Shown in pieces: positions 1 through 12,173 of a stretch of 64,000 nucleotides of DNA. This stretch comes from Bryobacterales bacterium. Its GTDB lineage: Bacteria > Acidobacteriota > Terriglobia > Bryobacterales > UBA6623. Position 1 is the first letter of the stretch. Every line of letters begins with the position of its first letter. Made by a program: the position numbers and the translations under genes. Under the pieces are notes generated by a model. The model had not been told where the DNA came from. It did no database searches and was given only the letters and a program-made list of their open reading frames with translations. The DNA is taken from the NCBI GenBank assembly GCA_965206655.1, contig CBDBKC010000034.1:365613-429612 (forward strand). The letters are read 5' to 3'.

Positions 1-869
<869 letters not shown>

Positions 870-1000
870 CATAGTCGCTGGCGTCGGGGTTCGGTGGGGG
901 CTGGATCGCAAGCGCCGAGGCTTTCGCGTGGGGGAGCGGTCAGTTGTGCAACATAGTTTCTGTAAATTTGTTTACTCCCATGTTCTCGTTCGTTCCGCAG

Positions 1001-1384
1001 TTAGGCGGCGCGACCCGCCGCCGGGGCGTCGAGTGCGGCGTTTTCCATGCTGAAGGAGGGCCGCGACTCGAGCTGCCACATCTCGTGACGCTCCAGCAGC
1101 AACTCCCCCACCAGCCGCTCACACGAGGCCCGGTTCGGAAACGCACCCACCAACCGTGTACGCTGCTTGATCGTCTTCATCAACCGCTCCAACATGTTCG
1201 TCGAGGTCAGGCGGCGGCGATGACTCTCCGGAAAATCCAGCACCGTCAGGCAATCTTCCACGCCCTCACGCAGCATCGCGGCCACCTGAGGACGTCGCGA
1301 CTCCCACTTGTCGGCCATCTCCTCGGCTCGCCGCAGACACTCCCGACGTTCACCACCCGCAAAAACAGCAGCCACGTCACGCAA
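1001..1384 (-). pseudogene. IS256-family (Mutator-type) transposase, C-terminal fragment only
   Basis: The 127-aa ORF contains ...VLDFPESHRRRLTSTNMLERLMKTIKQRTRLVGAFPNRASCERLVGELLLERHEMW, the conserved C-terminal block of IS256/Mutator transposases. The N-terminal part with the DDE core is missing, and the fragment abuts an Hsp70 remnant. Confidence 0.75.
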
Positions 1385-1420
1385 TACCTCGCGATCTTCA
1401 CTACGTCGTCCGACAACCAG

Positions 1421-1633
1421 GATCAGATCACCATAGCTCTGTACCGCGGGAGTGTTTCTCTAGTCAAGGACGCCGTCCCTCTCGGAAAGTTTCGAATTGC
1501 GGGAATCGCTCCAATGGGGCGTGGCGAACCACAGGTCGAGATCACTCTGGCCACTCGCGGTAGGGCTTTGTTGTTGGAAGCAAAGGAACTGTCAACTTCT
1601 CAGCCGTACAACATAGCCTTGGTTGAAGAGTGA
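1421..1633 (+). pseudogene. Hsp70/DnaK-family substrate-binding-domain fragment (gene remnant)
   Basis: The tail of ORF 944..1633 reads DQITIALYRGSVSLVKDAVPLGKFRIAGIAPMGRGEPQVEITLATRGRALLLEAKELSTSQPYNIAL. This is colinear with the DnaK block LG.F.L.GIPPAPRG.PQIEVTFDID.NGIL.V.A.D. The upstream part of that ORF is antisense to the IS256 fragment and is not Hsp70-like. Confidence 0.6.
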
Positions 1634-1733
1634 ACCTACGACCAATTCCGGGGACCCACTCGTGGACCGCCCACAAGGTTTCGTGCCAAGTGTCGAGGAC
1701 CAAAAGGCGCCAAAGAGGACGGGGCGCCTCTTT

Positions 1734-1946
1734 TCAAGCAAAGATCAAGCGGCGACCTTTTGGTTCGGGAATGGGATCGCCGAACTCTTGCGCCGTGTCG
1801 AGCCAGAGCCGGGCGGCCTGCTGAGCGTTGGCCAGAGCGGCTTCCTGGGTCGAACCGTGCGCGGTGCATCCCGGAAGCTCGGGTACGTCAGCTACGAAGG
1901 TCTTGTCTTCTTCGCTCCAGTAAATGATGATTTCGTATTTGTTCAT
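1734..1946 (-). CDS. hicB: HicB-family (UPF0150) antitoxin
   Basis: 70 aa: MNKYEIIIYWSEEDKTFVADVPELPGCTAHGSTQEAALANAQQAARLWLDTAQEFGDPIPEPKGRRL. This is the classic short HicB pattern (VPELPGC...G.T.EEA...I..W...A.E.G.PIPEP). Confidence 0.85.
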   Translation of the reverse strand: MNKYEIIIYWSEEDKTFVADVPELPGCTAHGSTQEAALANAQQAARLWLDTAQEFGDPIPEPKGRRLIFA

Positions 1947-2167
1947 TCCGAGTCACCAAGGTTGTACTTCAAGACCACCGTTCGCACCTGCTTCACTTGA
2001 TATGGCTTCGCCTGGCCGCCTTCGCGCTGCAAATTGATGCTTAGTTTGGGGTGGGTGTTGTCGACGATCCGGCGGGGCTGTTGCCATATTGAGTGTTCCG
2101 CGGCCCAACCCGTCACTTGCGTTCCGGGCTCTGAGGGTGGTGTTTCGCCGACCCTATAGCTTTCCAC
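1943..2167 (-). CDS. Hypothetical protein in the toxin position upstream of hicB (not recognisably HicA)
   Basis: 74-aa ORF with a GTG start. Its stop overlaps the hicB start by 4 nt (1943..1946), and it occupies the position HicA normally has. No GSH/dsRBD-like HicA motif is visible. Confidence 0.4.
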   Translation of the reverse strand: MESYRVGETPPSEPGTQVTGWAAEHSIWQQPRRIVDNTHPKLSINLQREGGQAKPYQVKQVRTVVLKYNLGDSE

Positions 2168-2219
2168 GGGGAATTGGCGGCGAGTCCTGTATTGCGGTGC
2201 TTTGCGGTCCCGCGGCCCC

Positions 2220-3158
2220 TTACGGCGTCCACGTTTCAGCCTTCACGGCATAGTCTTGGGCCTGCGAGGGAATATCGAGGCCGGCCTCTTTCGACCAGGC
2301 ATCGAGTAGCCGGCGATAGATCGGTCCTGGGGTTCCGGGGCCCACCGGCTGAAAATTGAAGCGCGTGCAGGGGATCATGCAGATGGTCGTCGACGTGAAC
2401 CAGGCTTCGTCGGCCGCGCGGACATCGTAGGGATCGATGTCGGCTTCATGGAGTGGGATGCCGAGCCCCTCCGCTAGTTCCATACAAGCGCCGCGCGAAA
2501 CCCCTCGCAGGATTTCGTGCCCCTTCGGGGTGTAGATCTCGCCGCCCTTGGCGATGAAGAAGTTGTTGCCTGTGCCCTCGGTGATAAACCCGCGCTCATC
2601 GGTGAGCAGCGCCTGCGCACCCGGCTCCATGCGAGCCGCTTGCAGCTCGGCAAGTTTGTAATAGACGCGGCTGCGGTTCTTGGCCTTGGGATCGATATAG
2701 CGAGCCGGCACGGATTGCTGCGGTGTGACGACGAAGTGGACTCCGGCGTCGTACTTCGCAGCCATTGAGCCAATGTGCCGCACGAGCGGAAAGACATTGA
2801 TCGAAACGATCGGCGCTGTTCCTTCCGTAACGATGCTCTCGTAGAGCGCCATGCCGCCGCGCGTTACATCGTGCATGATCTGGAAGTCGAATCCGTCGAG
2901 CACGGGCAGATTGCATTCGATCGTTTCCAGCGTGGCCGCCTCCATCTGGTCGATGGTCAGGCCGCAATCAATCTCCACATAGCGAAGCGAGGCATAGAGC
3001 CGCTCCAGGTGTTCACGCAGGCGATAGGGCTTCTGTCCGAACGAGCGAGTCATCTCGAACACCATGTCGCCGTACATCAGAGCGCTGTCGAAGATCGAAA
3101 TGCGAGCTTGCTTCTCTTCGACGAAGTGACCGTTGAAATAGACGAGGCGTTTGGCCAT
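2220..3158 (-). CDS. Class IV (fold-type IV) PLP aminotransferase, branched-chain/D-amino-acid aminotransferase-like
   Basis: 312 aa from the ATG at 3156..3158: MAKRLVYFNGHFVEEKQARISIFDSALMYGDMVFEMTRSF...FITEGTGNNFFIAKGGEIYTP...ILRGVSR (family pattern). The ORF-track entry runs on to 3728, but the extra 190 codons are R/S/T-rich and overlap the next gene. Confidence 0.85.
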   Translation of the reverse strand: MAKRLVYFNGHFVEEKQARISIFDSALMYGDMVFEMTRSFGQKPYRLREHLERLYASLRYVEIDCGLTIDQMEAATLETIECNLPVLDGFDFQIMHDVTRGGMALYESIVTEGTAPIVSINVFPLVRHIGSMAAKYDAGVHFVVTPQQSVPARYIDPKAKNRSRVYYKLAELQAARMEPGAQALLTDERGFITEGTGNNFFIAKGGEIYTPKGHEILRGVSRGACMELAEGLGIPLHEADIDPYDVRAADEAWFTSTTICMIPCTRFNFQPVGPGTPGPIYRRLLDAWSKEAGLDIPSQAQDYAVKAETWTP

Positions 3159-3180
3159 GGGCGTGATTTCGTGTTTCGGT

Positions 3181-4215
3181 TCAGCGCAGCGGTAGCTTAA
3201 CCGGTTTGCCGCGGGCGGCGGAACGGTCGGCGGCGATGCAGATTTCGTGCGTCTTGACGGCGTCAGAGACGTTACAGTGCGACTCTTTCCCCTTTCGGAT
3301 GCAATCGACGAAGTGATCGAGCTCACCCTGAAACGGGTGGTGCTCCACGTCTGCGCTCGAAGGCAGGACGGTGGGGACGTCGGCCCAGTCGTGCTGGCCG
3401 GGCCATTTGTTGCTGAAAAGCTGGTTGTCGCGGATCGTCCCTTGATCACCAAGAAGCATGACTCGGTAGACGTAGGGCATCTGTGCCTCGAGCGAGCAAC
3501 CGACCTTGCCGACCGCGCCGCCGGCGAACTTGACGATCGCCACGATGTTGGGATCGAAGTCGAATCGTAGCCGGTTCGCCTTGCTGCGCGACGAGTAGGC
3601 GGAAACCTCGACGGCGTCATCCTGCATAAACCAGCGCAGTCCGTCGACGGCGTGGCAGCCCGCCGCGAGAAGCGCACCGCCGCCGAATTCTTTCTTGTTG
3701 TGCCAGCGATGCAGGCGGTTCCGCACATCGATGGCGTGCATGTAGTCGACTTCGGCGTAGAAAAGTTTTCCGAGCAGTTTCTGGTCGAGCATGGCGCGGA
3801 TGTTGTCGAACATCGGGTTCCAGCGCAGCACGAAGCTCACAACGGTCTTCACACCCGCGGACTTCACCGCCTTGTCGAGTTTCCTTAAGGAGCGAAGGTC
3901 GATAGCGATCGGCTTCTCCACGATGACGTGTTTGCCGGCGCGGGCGGCGGCCACGCCTTGCTCGGCGTGCAGAAAGTTAGGCGTGCAGAGAACGACGATG
4001 TCGACGTCATCCTGCTGGAGGATCTCGCCCAGGTCTTTCGTGATACGGCAGTTTGCAAGATGATGCTCACGGATTTTCGATTCGGCGCGGGCCGGCGTGC
4101 GGCTGCAAATTCCGACGACTTCGCAATGCGGGTTGTGGAGGGTGGCCTTGATGTATTCGCCGGAAACCCATCCCGTGCCGACGATCCCTACGCCGAGGGT
4201 TTTGTTGGAAGACAT
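3181..4215 (-). CDS. Gfo/Idh/MocA-family NAD(P)-dependent oxidoreductase
   Basis: 344 aa from the ATG at 4213..4215: MSSNKTLGVGIVGTGWVSGEYIKA...VVLCTPNFLHAEQGVAAARAGKHVIVEKPIA. It has the Rossmann GxGxxG and the EKP motif typical of the family. Confidence 0.9.
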   Translation of the reverse strand: MSSNKTLGVGIVGTGWVSGEYIKATLHNPHCEVVGICSRTPARAESKIREHHLANCRITKDLGEILQQDDVDIVVLCTPNFLHAEQGVAAARAGKHVIVEKPIAIDLRSLRKLDKAVKSAGVKTVVSFVLRWNPMFDNIRAMLDQKLLGKLFYAEVDYMHAIDVRNRLHRWHNKKEFGGGALLAAGCHAVDGLRWFMQDDAVEVSAYSSRSKANRLRFDFDPNIVAIVKFAGGAVGKVGCSLEAQMPYVYRVMLLGDQGTIRDNQLFSNKWPGQHDWADVPTVLPSSADVEHHPFQGELDHFVDCIRKGKESHCNVSDAVKTHEICIAADRSAARGKPVKLPLR

Positions 4216-4258
4216 GAATGAAACGGTAGTATAGCGCCGCTTGGAGTCAAACGACTCG

Positions 4259-5278
4259 TTAGCGCGGCGGGCGAGAGCGGATGACCCTTTGAGCGAAGGA
4301 AAAGAGTCCTTCTCCTCCCCAGTAGCGGAAGTTTTGATCCGTAACATTGAGGGCGTCATCAAGATTGATGGTGCAGAGAAACCCGGCGGTTTCGCCGCGG
4401 CGGAAGCGGAAGTCGCTGAATCGGACTTCGTAGCCCCCGGCGCGAGGGGTCACATCCGCAAGTGTGTACTGCGCGAAGCGGAGGTACTCGCGGGCAAGCG
4501 GCGCGGAGCGGGCCTTGCGCAACACTTCGGTGTCCTCGGCCTTGGGGATGCGATCGGGCAGGCGGACAGGCTGGGAGGATCGTGTGTCGATCGTGAAGGC
4601 GCGGAAATCACGATCCGTTTCGGCGAGTCCGCTCCAGCGAAAGAACTCCAGCGGAAGCGGAAAGGCCGCGACGCGCGTGACGTTCGATTCATTGGTGAGC
4701 GCCTCAATCGTATTGATGGCGCGGTTATGCAAGACCGCGCGTACGCCAATGTAGGCGACCAGGACGCCCAGTCCCGCCCAGGCGAGCCTCGATGTGTCGG
4801 CGCGACCCTTCAAGACAAAGCGTAGAGCCATCGGCACAAGAACAGGTACGAGCAGGATTCCCCAGACCCACGGGTCGACAACGAACAGCAGGTCCCAGCC
4901 TGACCAGGCGTCGTCAAAGGGCAACCAGAGGCGCATGCCGTAGGCGTTGGTCATATCCAATGCGTGATGGGACAGGGTTGCGATCAGGGCGACCCCGAAG
5001 GCCGGGCCCATTCGAAACGGTTCCACGGTCTTGCGCCTGATTCGATGGACCCCTTCAACCAGCAAGACAGCCAGCGCGGCCATCACGGGGACGGCGGGCA
5101 GAGAGTGCGTGATGTGGCGGTGATAGCTGAGGTAGTTGATCGCCGAGCCGGCGGTGACGATGTCTACATCCGGCAGGTTGGCGGCGACAACGCTGATGGC
5201 GGTGGCGTGGGGCGTCCAACGGTTGAGGCCCGCCCGGGCGAGCAGAACCCCGGTCAATGTGTGGGTAAGGTTCTCCAT
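4259..5278 (-). CDS. Membrane-bound metal-dependent hydrolase (YdjM/DUF457-like) with C-terminal extension
   Basis: MENLTHTLTGVLLARAGL...AANLPDVDIV...YHRHITHSL followed by several hydrophobic helices; a typical YdjM-type N-terminus. Confidence 0.75.
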   Translation of the reverse strand: MENLTHTLTGVLLARAGLNRWTPHATAISVVAANLPDVDIVTAGSAINYLSYHRHITHSLPAVPVMAALAVLLVEGVHRIRRKTVEPFRMGPAFGVALIATLSHHALDMTNAYGMRLWLPFDDAWSGWDLLFVVDPWVWGILLVPVLVPMALRFVLKGRADTSRLAWAGLGVLVAYIGVRAVLHNRAINTIEALTNESNVTRVAAFPLPLEFFRWSGLAETDRDFRAFTIDTRSSQPVRLPDRIPKAEDTEVLRKARSAPLAREYLRFAQYTLADVTPRAGGYEVRFSDFRFRRGETAGFLCTINLDDALNVTDQNFRYWGGEGLFSFAQRVIRSRPPR

Positions 5279-5281
5279 CGG

Positions 5282-8331
<3,050 letters not shown>

Positions 8332-8341
8332 TCCCTACCCT

Positions 8342-9142
8342 TCAAGCTTCCGAGAGAAAGACATCGGCGGATGCGAACCCGTTCGAACGAAGTGCGACGG
8401 CTAGTTTTTCGAGGGCCGCCTTGTGAATCTGCGAAACGCGGCTTTCGTTCACGCCGAGGACTGAGCCGATTTGCTTCATGGTGCGGTCCTGATCGTAGTA
8501 GAGCCGTATGACTTTTTGGTAGCGCGGGGGCAGGGTCAAGATCACGCCGTCGAGCGCGGTTCGGAGTTCACGTTGCGCCAGCAACTCGTCGGGGCGGTGA
8601 TCGGGAGTCTCGGTTGCTTCGACGAAGCTGGTGTGATCAGGACGCTCGACACGGTGGGGCTGACCGGCGGTCAAACCCGCGTTGTACAGTTCCTTCGTCA
8701 TACGCCGATACTGATCCTGAGGGACGCCCATCGCCTTGGCGATCTCGGCTTCGGTCGGCGCACGCCCGAAATTTTGCCCGAGTTTTTGCGTCAGGCTTTC
8801 GATCGATTTGAAACGTTTCCTGAGATCCCGCGAGGCCCAATCGAGTTGCCGCAAGCTATCGAGGATGGCTCCCCTGACGCGATGCTTCGCATAGAGGTGA
8901 AAGATAACTTTCTTTTCCGGGTCGTACTTCGAGATGGCGTCAACCAGACCGAGGATGCCGGCATGGATCAAGTCGTCCAACTCGACCTGCACCGGGAGAC
9001 CTTCGCGGACGCGGCTCGCGATGGCTCGTACAAGTGGAAGGTGCTTGACGATCAGATCATCTCTTTCGGTTTGGGACCAGGGACGTTGGGTGACTTCGGC
9101 GGGAAGACTCTGCGGTGCGGCGGCGGGTGCGGATGCGGGCAT
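8342..9142 (-). CDS. fliA: FliA/WhiG-type (group 3) RNA polymerase sigma factor
   Basis: DLIHAGILGLVDAISKYDPEKKVIFHLYAKHRVRGAILDSLRQLDWASRDLRKR matches the FliA pattern (LDW.PR..R). Region 4 HTH reads RTMKQIGSVLGVNESRVSQIHKAALEKL. Confidence 0.85.
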   Translation of the reverse strand: MPASAPAAAPQSLPAEVTQRPWSQTERDDLIVKHLPLVRAIASRVREGLPVQVELDDLIHAGILGLVDAISKYDPEKKVIFHLYAKHRVRGAILDSLRQLDWASRDLRKRFKSIESLTQKLGQNFGRAPTEAEIAKAMGVPQDQYRRMTKELYNAGLTAGQPHRVERPDHTSFVEATETPDHRPDELLAQRELRTALDGVILTLPPRYQKVIRLYYDQDRTMKQIGSVLGVNESRVSQIHKAALEKLAVALRSNGFASADVFLSEA

Positions 9143-9602
9143 TCAACTATCTCCTTTGGGTTCGAACGTCCGCTTAAGACAAAGGACGGAGCAGGATGGT
9201 CGTCGGCGCATGCGGCGACACCGGCGCATCGAAAAGCAGATTGCGAAATCCGATGGGACTTACCCTGGGAACAACAACCGTTGTGCTTCTGTCAGCAGAC
9301 TCGGCAAGCATGTTGCACCACACATGCCATTCCAGGGGAGGGGCATAAGTTGTTAGAAAACAAGGATAAGAGTGGCCGATGCGGAGACCGTATCGTCAAA
9401 ATCCCGACAGCGAGCGGCAGTTTTCTGTCGATCGAGAGAACCGGCGCAGGGCCGAGCCGGTGCGGGGCTACCAGCCCGCAGCGCGACGGAACGGCGCTTG
9501 GATGCGGGGCAAAGGCAGGCGTAGATCATGCACGGCTGACAGCTACGAGCCCCGTCCGGCTGTGTTCGAGGCGCCCAGGAGATCAATTTCGCGCGGCGCG
9601 AT

Positions 9603-9693
9603 CAATCTGCAACTCGTAGCTTTACTAGCTATTAAGGTATTTTATTTCAGTCATTTACATGCTCTTTGCGGGATGAGGTCGAGTTGCAGATTG
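9603..9693. promoter_or_regulatory. 14-bp perfect inverted repeat (CAATCTGCAACTCG / CGAGTTGCAGATTG) flanking a 63-bp AT-rich spacer, upstream of the sigma-54 regulator gene
   Basis: Arms at 9603..9616 and 9680..9693, read directly from the sequence. The core GCAGATTGCGAA recurs as a direct copy at 9236..9247 and 9686..9697. Confidence 0.5.
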
Positions 9694-9818
9694 CGAACCG
9701 GTGACTGCCAGGCGACGTAGACGTCAACTCTTTGACGCTTTCTTTTCAGTGGTTTGCGGGATGGATGTTGGAGTGGCCCCCTGAGTGCCAATGGATAGGC
9801 GAGGGATTTCGATCGAGC

Positions 9819-11318
9819 ATGAGGAAAGAAGATCTCAGACTTTGCCGGACGGGAACGAATGTCCTCGTTGTCAGCCCGGACGACGGCCTGCGAGCAAGGC
9901 TTGAGCAACTCCTGGCGACAATCGGATGCCGCGCCGACGAAGTTTCGCGACCAGTCCGCGCGGCCGAGCACCTGGAACATCTCTCGGTCGATGCGGTATT
10001 GCTCGATCTCGAGACACATAGCGACGAGGCGTGGGAGCCGGAGTGCCGGGAACTATTGTCACAGCGCGCGATTCGTGACGGAGCGATCCCCGTCGTGGTT
10101 TTCGCGGATCCGGACGGCCTCGCGACGGCGGCGCGCATGATTCAGCTTGGGGCAGCGGACTATGTGAGCAAGCTGTCGACGAACGAACAGATCGTCGAGC
10201 GTGTGGTGATAGCGCTTTCGTACCGCTCCGGCTGCGTGGCTTCGCCGGCCGGTCTCGGCGGTTTCGCACCGCGGGTGGAACACCGAGTTGGCAAGGGAAA
10301 CCCGAGCGGCCGGTCGCAGGGGGATTCCGGGAACAGCTTCGCCGCAGGTCTTATTCTCGGCCGGAGCGACTCGATCCAAGAGGTGCTCGACCGCATTCGG
10401 ATGGTGGCCGACAAGCGAACGACAGTCCTCATCATGGGGGAAACGGGGACGGGCAAGGAACGCGTGGCGCGCGCGATTCACGCCTTGGGTCCGAACTCGA
10501 CGCGCAAGATGGTTTCGGTGAACTGCGCCGGCATCCCGTCGAATCTGCTCGAGGACGAGTTCTTCGGTCACGTCAAGGGCGCGTTTACGGACGCGCATCA
10601 GAATCGCATTGGACGATTTGAACAGGCGGAAGGAAGCAACATTTTTCTCGACGAGATCGGGGACTTGCCGCTGGAGTTGCAACCGAAGTTACTAAGGGTT
10701 CTGCAGGAACGTGAGATTCATCGCATCGGCGGAGTCGAAACGATTCGCGTAAATACGCGGGTCATCGCGGCCACGAACGCCGACCTTTGGGCCGGGGTCA
10801 GCAACGGAACTTTTCGAGAAGATCTCTTTTACCGCATCAATGTGTTCCCGATTTACCTGCCCGCGCTGCGAGAGCGGAGGGAAGACATTCCGCTCTTTCT
10901 GAATCACTTCCTGGAGCGCTTCTGCCGGCGCGAAGGCCTTCCGCCGAAAGTGGCCCACCCCGGCGCCGAGGCCGAACTCATGACGCGGCCTTGGCCGGGC
11001 AATATTCGAGAGCTGGAAAACGCCGTTGAGATGGCGGTCATCCTATCCGGAGATCGGCCGGAGCTTGACCTCAACGACTTTCCGCAACAGAGGCGGCCGG
11101 CCGGGCGGGAAGCGGTCCGATCTCCGGCCGGTTCGGAATTGGACTACAAAGCCCTCATCGAACAGTTCGAGCGTAATCTCATCTCGCGCGTGTTGGAGCG
11201 CACCCATGGGAACAAGACGCTTGCCGCCGAGGTGTTACGACTCAAGCGCACGACCCTGGTCGAGAAGTGGAAAAAACTACAACCAGACAGCCAGATCTAC
11301 GCGGAAACGAGACCGTAG
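9819..11318 (+). CDS. Sigma-54-dependent Fis-family response regulator (REC + AAA+ + HTH)
   Basis: From the ATG at 9819 there is a receiver-like N-terminus (VVSPDDG...LLDLE...DYVSKL), Walker A GETGTGKERVARAIH, a GAFTDA loop (variant of GAFTGA), Walker B IFLDEIGDL, and a C-terminal Fis-type HTH (GNKTLAAEVLRLKRTTLVEKWKK). The track ORF starts at 9732; ATG 9819 was chosen for the cleaner N-terminus. Confidence 0.9.
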   Translation: MRKEDLRLCRTGTNVLVVSPDDGLRARLEQLLATIGCRADEVSRPVRAAEHLEHLSVDAVLLDLETHSDEAWEPECRELLSQRAIRDGAIPVVVFADPDGLATAARMIQLGAADYVSKLSTNEQIVERVVIALSYRSGCVASPAGLGGFAPRVEHRVGKGNPSGRSQGDSGNSFAAGLILGRSDSIQEVLDRIRMVADKRTTVLIMGETGTGKERVARAIHALGPNSTRKMVSVNCAGIPSNLLEDEFFGHVKGAFTDAHQNRIGRFEQAEGSNIFLDEIGDLPLELQPKLLRVLQEREIHRIGGVETIRVNTRVIAATNADLWAGVSNGTFREDLFYRINVFPIYLPALRERREDIPLFLNHFLERFCRREGLPPKVAHPGAEAELMTRPWPGNIRELENAVEMAVILSGDRPELDLNDFPQQRRPAGREAVRSPAGSELDYKALIEQFERNLISRVLERTHGNKTLAAEVLRLKRTTLVEKWKKLQPDSQIYAETRP

Positions 11319-11330
11319 GCGGAGCAGGTC

Positions 11331-11633
11331 TCAGTCAAGGTCGATGTCCCGTTGCGGACGCTCGGGCGGACCTTCCGAACGGGCTTTTTTCAGCAGGCCG
11401 TCGAAGCGCTTTTGGATATCTTCACCATGCTTCTTCTCTGCCTGGAATTGCTCTCGGAATCGTTTATCCCGAGTACTCTCCCGGGATCTGAGGTCGAGGA
11501 CAGCTTCCCGCAAATCAACCGGAATGTGGTCGGGCTTCGGAGCAACGTGCGAAAGCACGACGCGGCGCTCCGCATCGATTTCGAGCGTCGCGCCGCAGCA
11601 AGGGCAAGTGGCCTCGAAAACGCTATCGTCCAC
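11331..11633 (-). CDS. Small hypothetical protein with an N-terminal CPCC half zinc-ribbon and a charged helical tail
   Basis: 100 aa: MDDSVFEATCPCCGATLEIDAERRVV...KRFREQFQAEKKHGEDIQKRFDGLLKKA. The composition is protein-like and there is no competing gene. Confidence 0.5.
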   Translation of the reverse strand: MDDSVFEATCPCCGATLEIDAERRVVLSHVAPKPDHIPVDLREAVLDLRSRESTRDKRFREQFQAEKKHGEDIQKRFDGLLKKARSEGPPERPQRDIDLD

Positions 11634-11866
11634 GCACCCATTTTACTCGACGCGACGCGCTGGAGGCATCTTGCAACTTGCTATCTCAATAGAGGCTCTC
11701 GTTCTCGGGCCAATGTTCCGATACGTCAAGAAACGCTCGTTGCAATACTTTGACGCAATCTGGTTGAATGAATGTTCACGCCCCTGCTAGGGTGCGCGGG
11801 CAGTCGCATCATCCGCAACCCGGGGCGACCGAGGGCCGTCAAACCTATAGAGGCGACCGGAAGTAG

Positions 11867-12148
11867 GTGTCCACATTGGAAGACCACCTCAAGGAACTGA
11901 TGCAGCAGTTGGGGAACGCGATCAACGATTCCCTCTCGGAATCCGACCCCATCGAGGAGGCCATCGGCGAGATCAAGAAGGAAGGATACGATGTCTTCCT
12001 GGTCCTCGAGGCGACCATCGGCTTGAACCGCAATGATTCGGGCGCCGAAGATGAGCCGGGCGCCAAGAAGTTCGTACCAACCGAAGTTTCGTTCAGCCCA
12101 CAGGACCACGCCTTCCTCAAAGCGTTAAAGATCACGATGGACGAATAG
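11867..12148 (+). CDS. Small acidic hypothetical protein
   Basis: 93 aa from a GTG start: STLEDHLKELMQQLGNAINDSLSESDPIEEAIGEIKKEGYDVFLVLEATIGL. Protein-like composition, divergent from 11331..11633. Confidence 0.5.
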   Translation: MSTLEDHLKELMQQLGNAINDSLSESDPIEEAIGEIKKEGYDVFLVLEATIGLNRNDSGAEDEPGAKKFVPTEVSFSPQDHAFLKALKITMDE

Positions 12149-12173
12149 CCCTCGTCACGGCCGACTGAAACGG

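Noticed and set aside
3159-3728. N-terminal 190-codon extension of the aminotransferase ORF given in the track.
   Set aside because: The extension is R/S/T/P-rich and overlaps the Gfo/Idh/MocA gene. The family-typical N-terminus begins at MAKRLVYFNG (ATG 3158).
8471-9619. 382-aa plus-strand ORF overlapping fliA.
   Set aside because: It is antisense to a confidently recognised sigma factor, and its composition is G/R/P/A-rich and low-complexity. This is a typical GC-rich shadow ORF.
11661-11681. Sigma-54 promoter-like string TGGAGGCATCTTGCA upstream of the small ORF at 11867 and near the sigma-54 activator gene.
   Set aside because: The GG-to-GC spacing is one nucleotide shorter than the strict -24/-12 spacing, and the -24 element is TGGAGG rather than TGGCAC.
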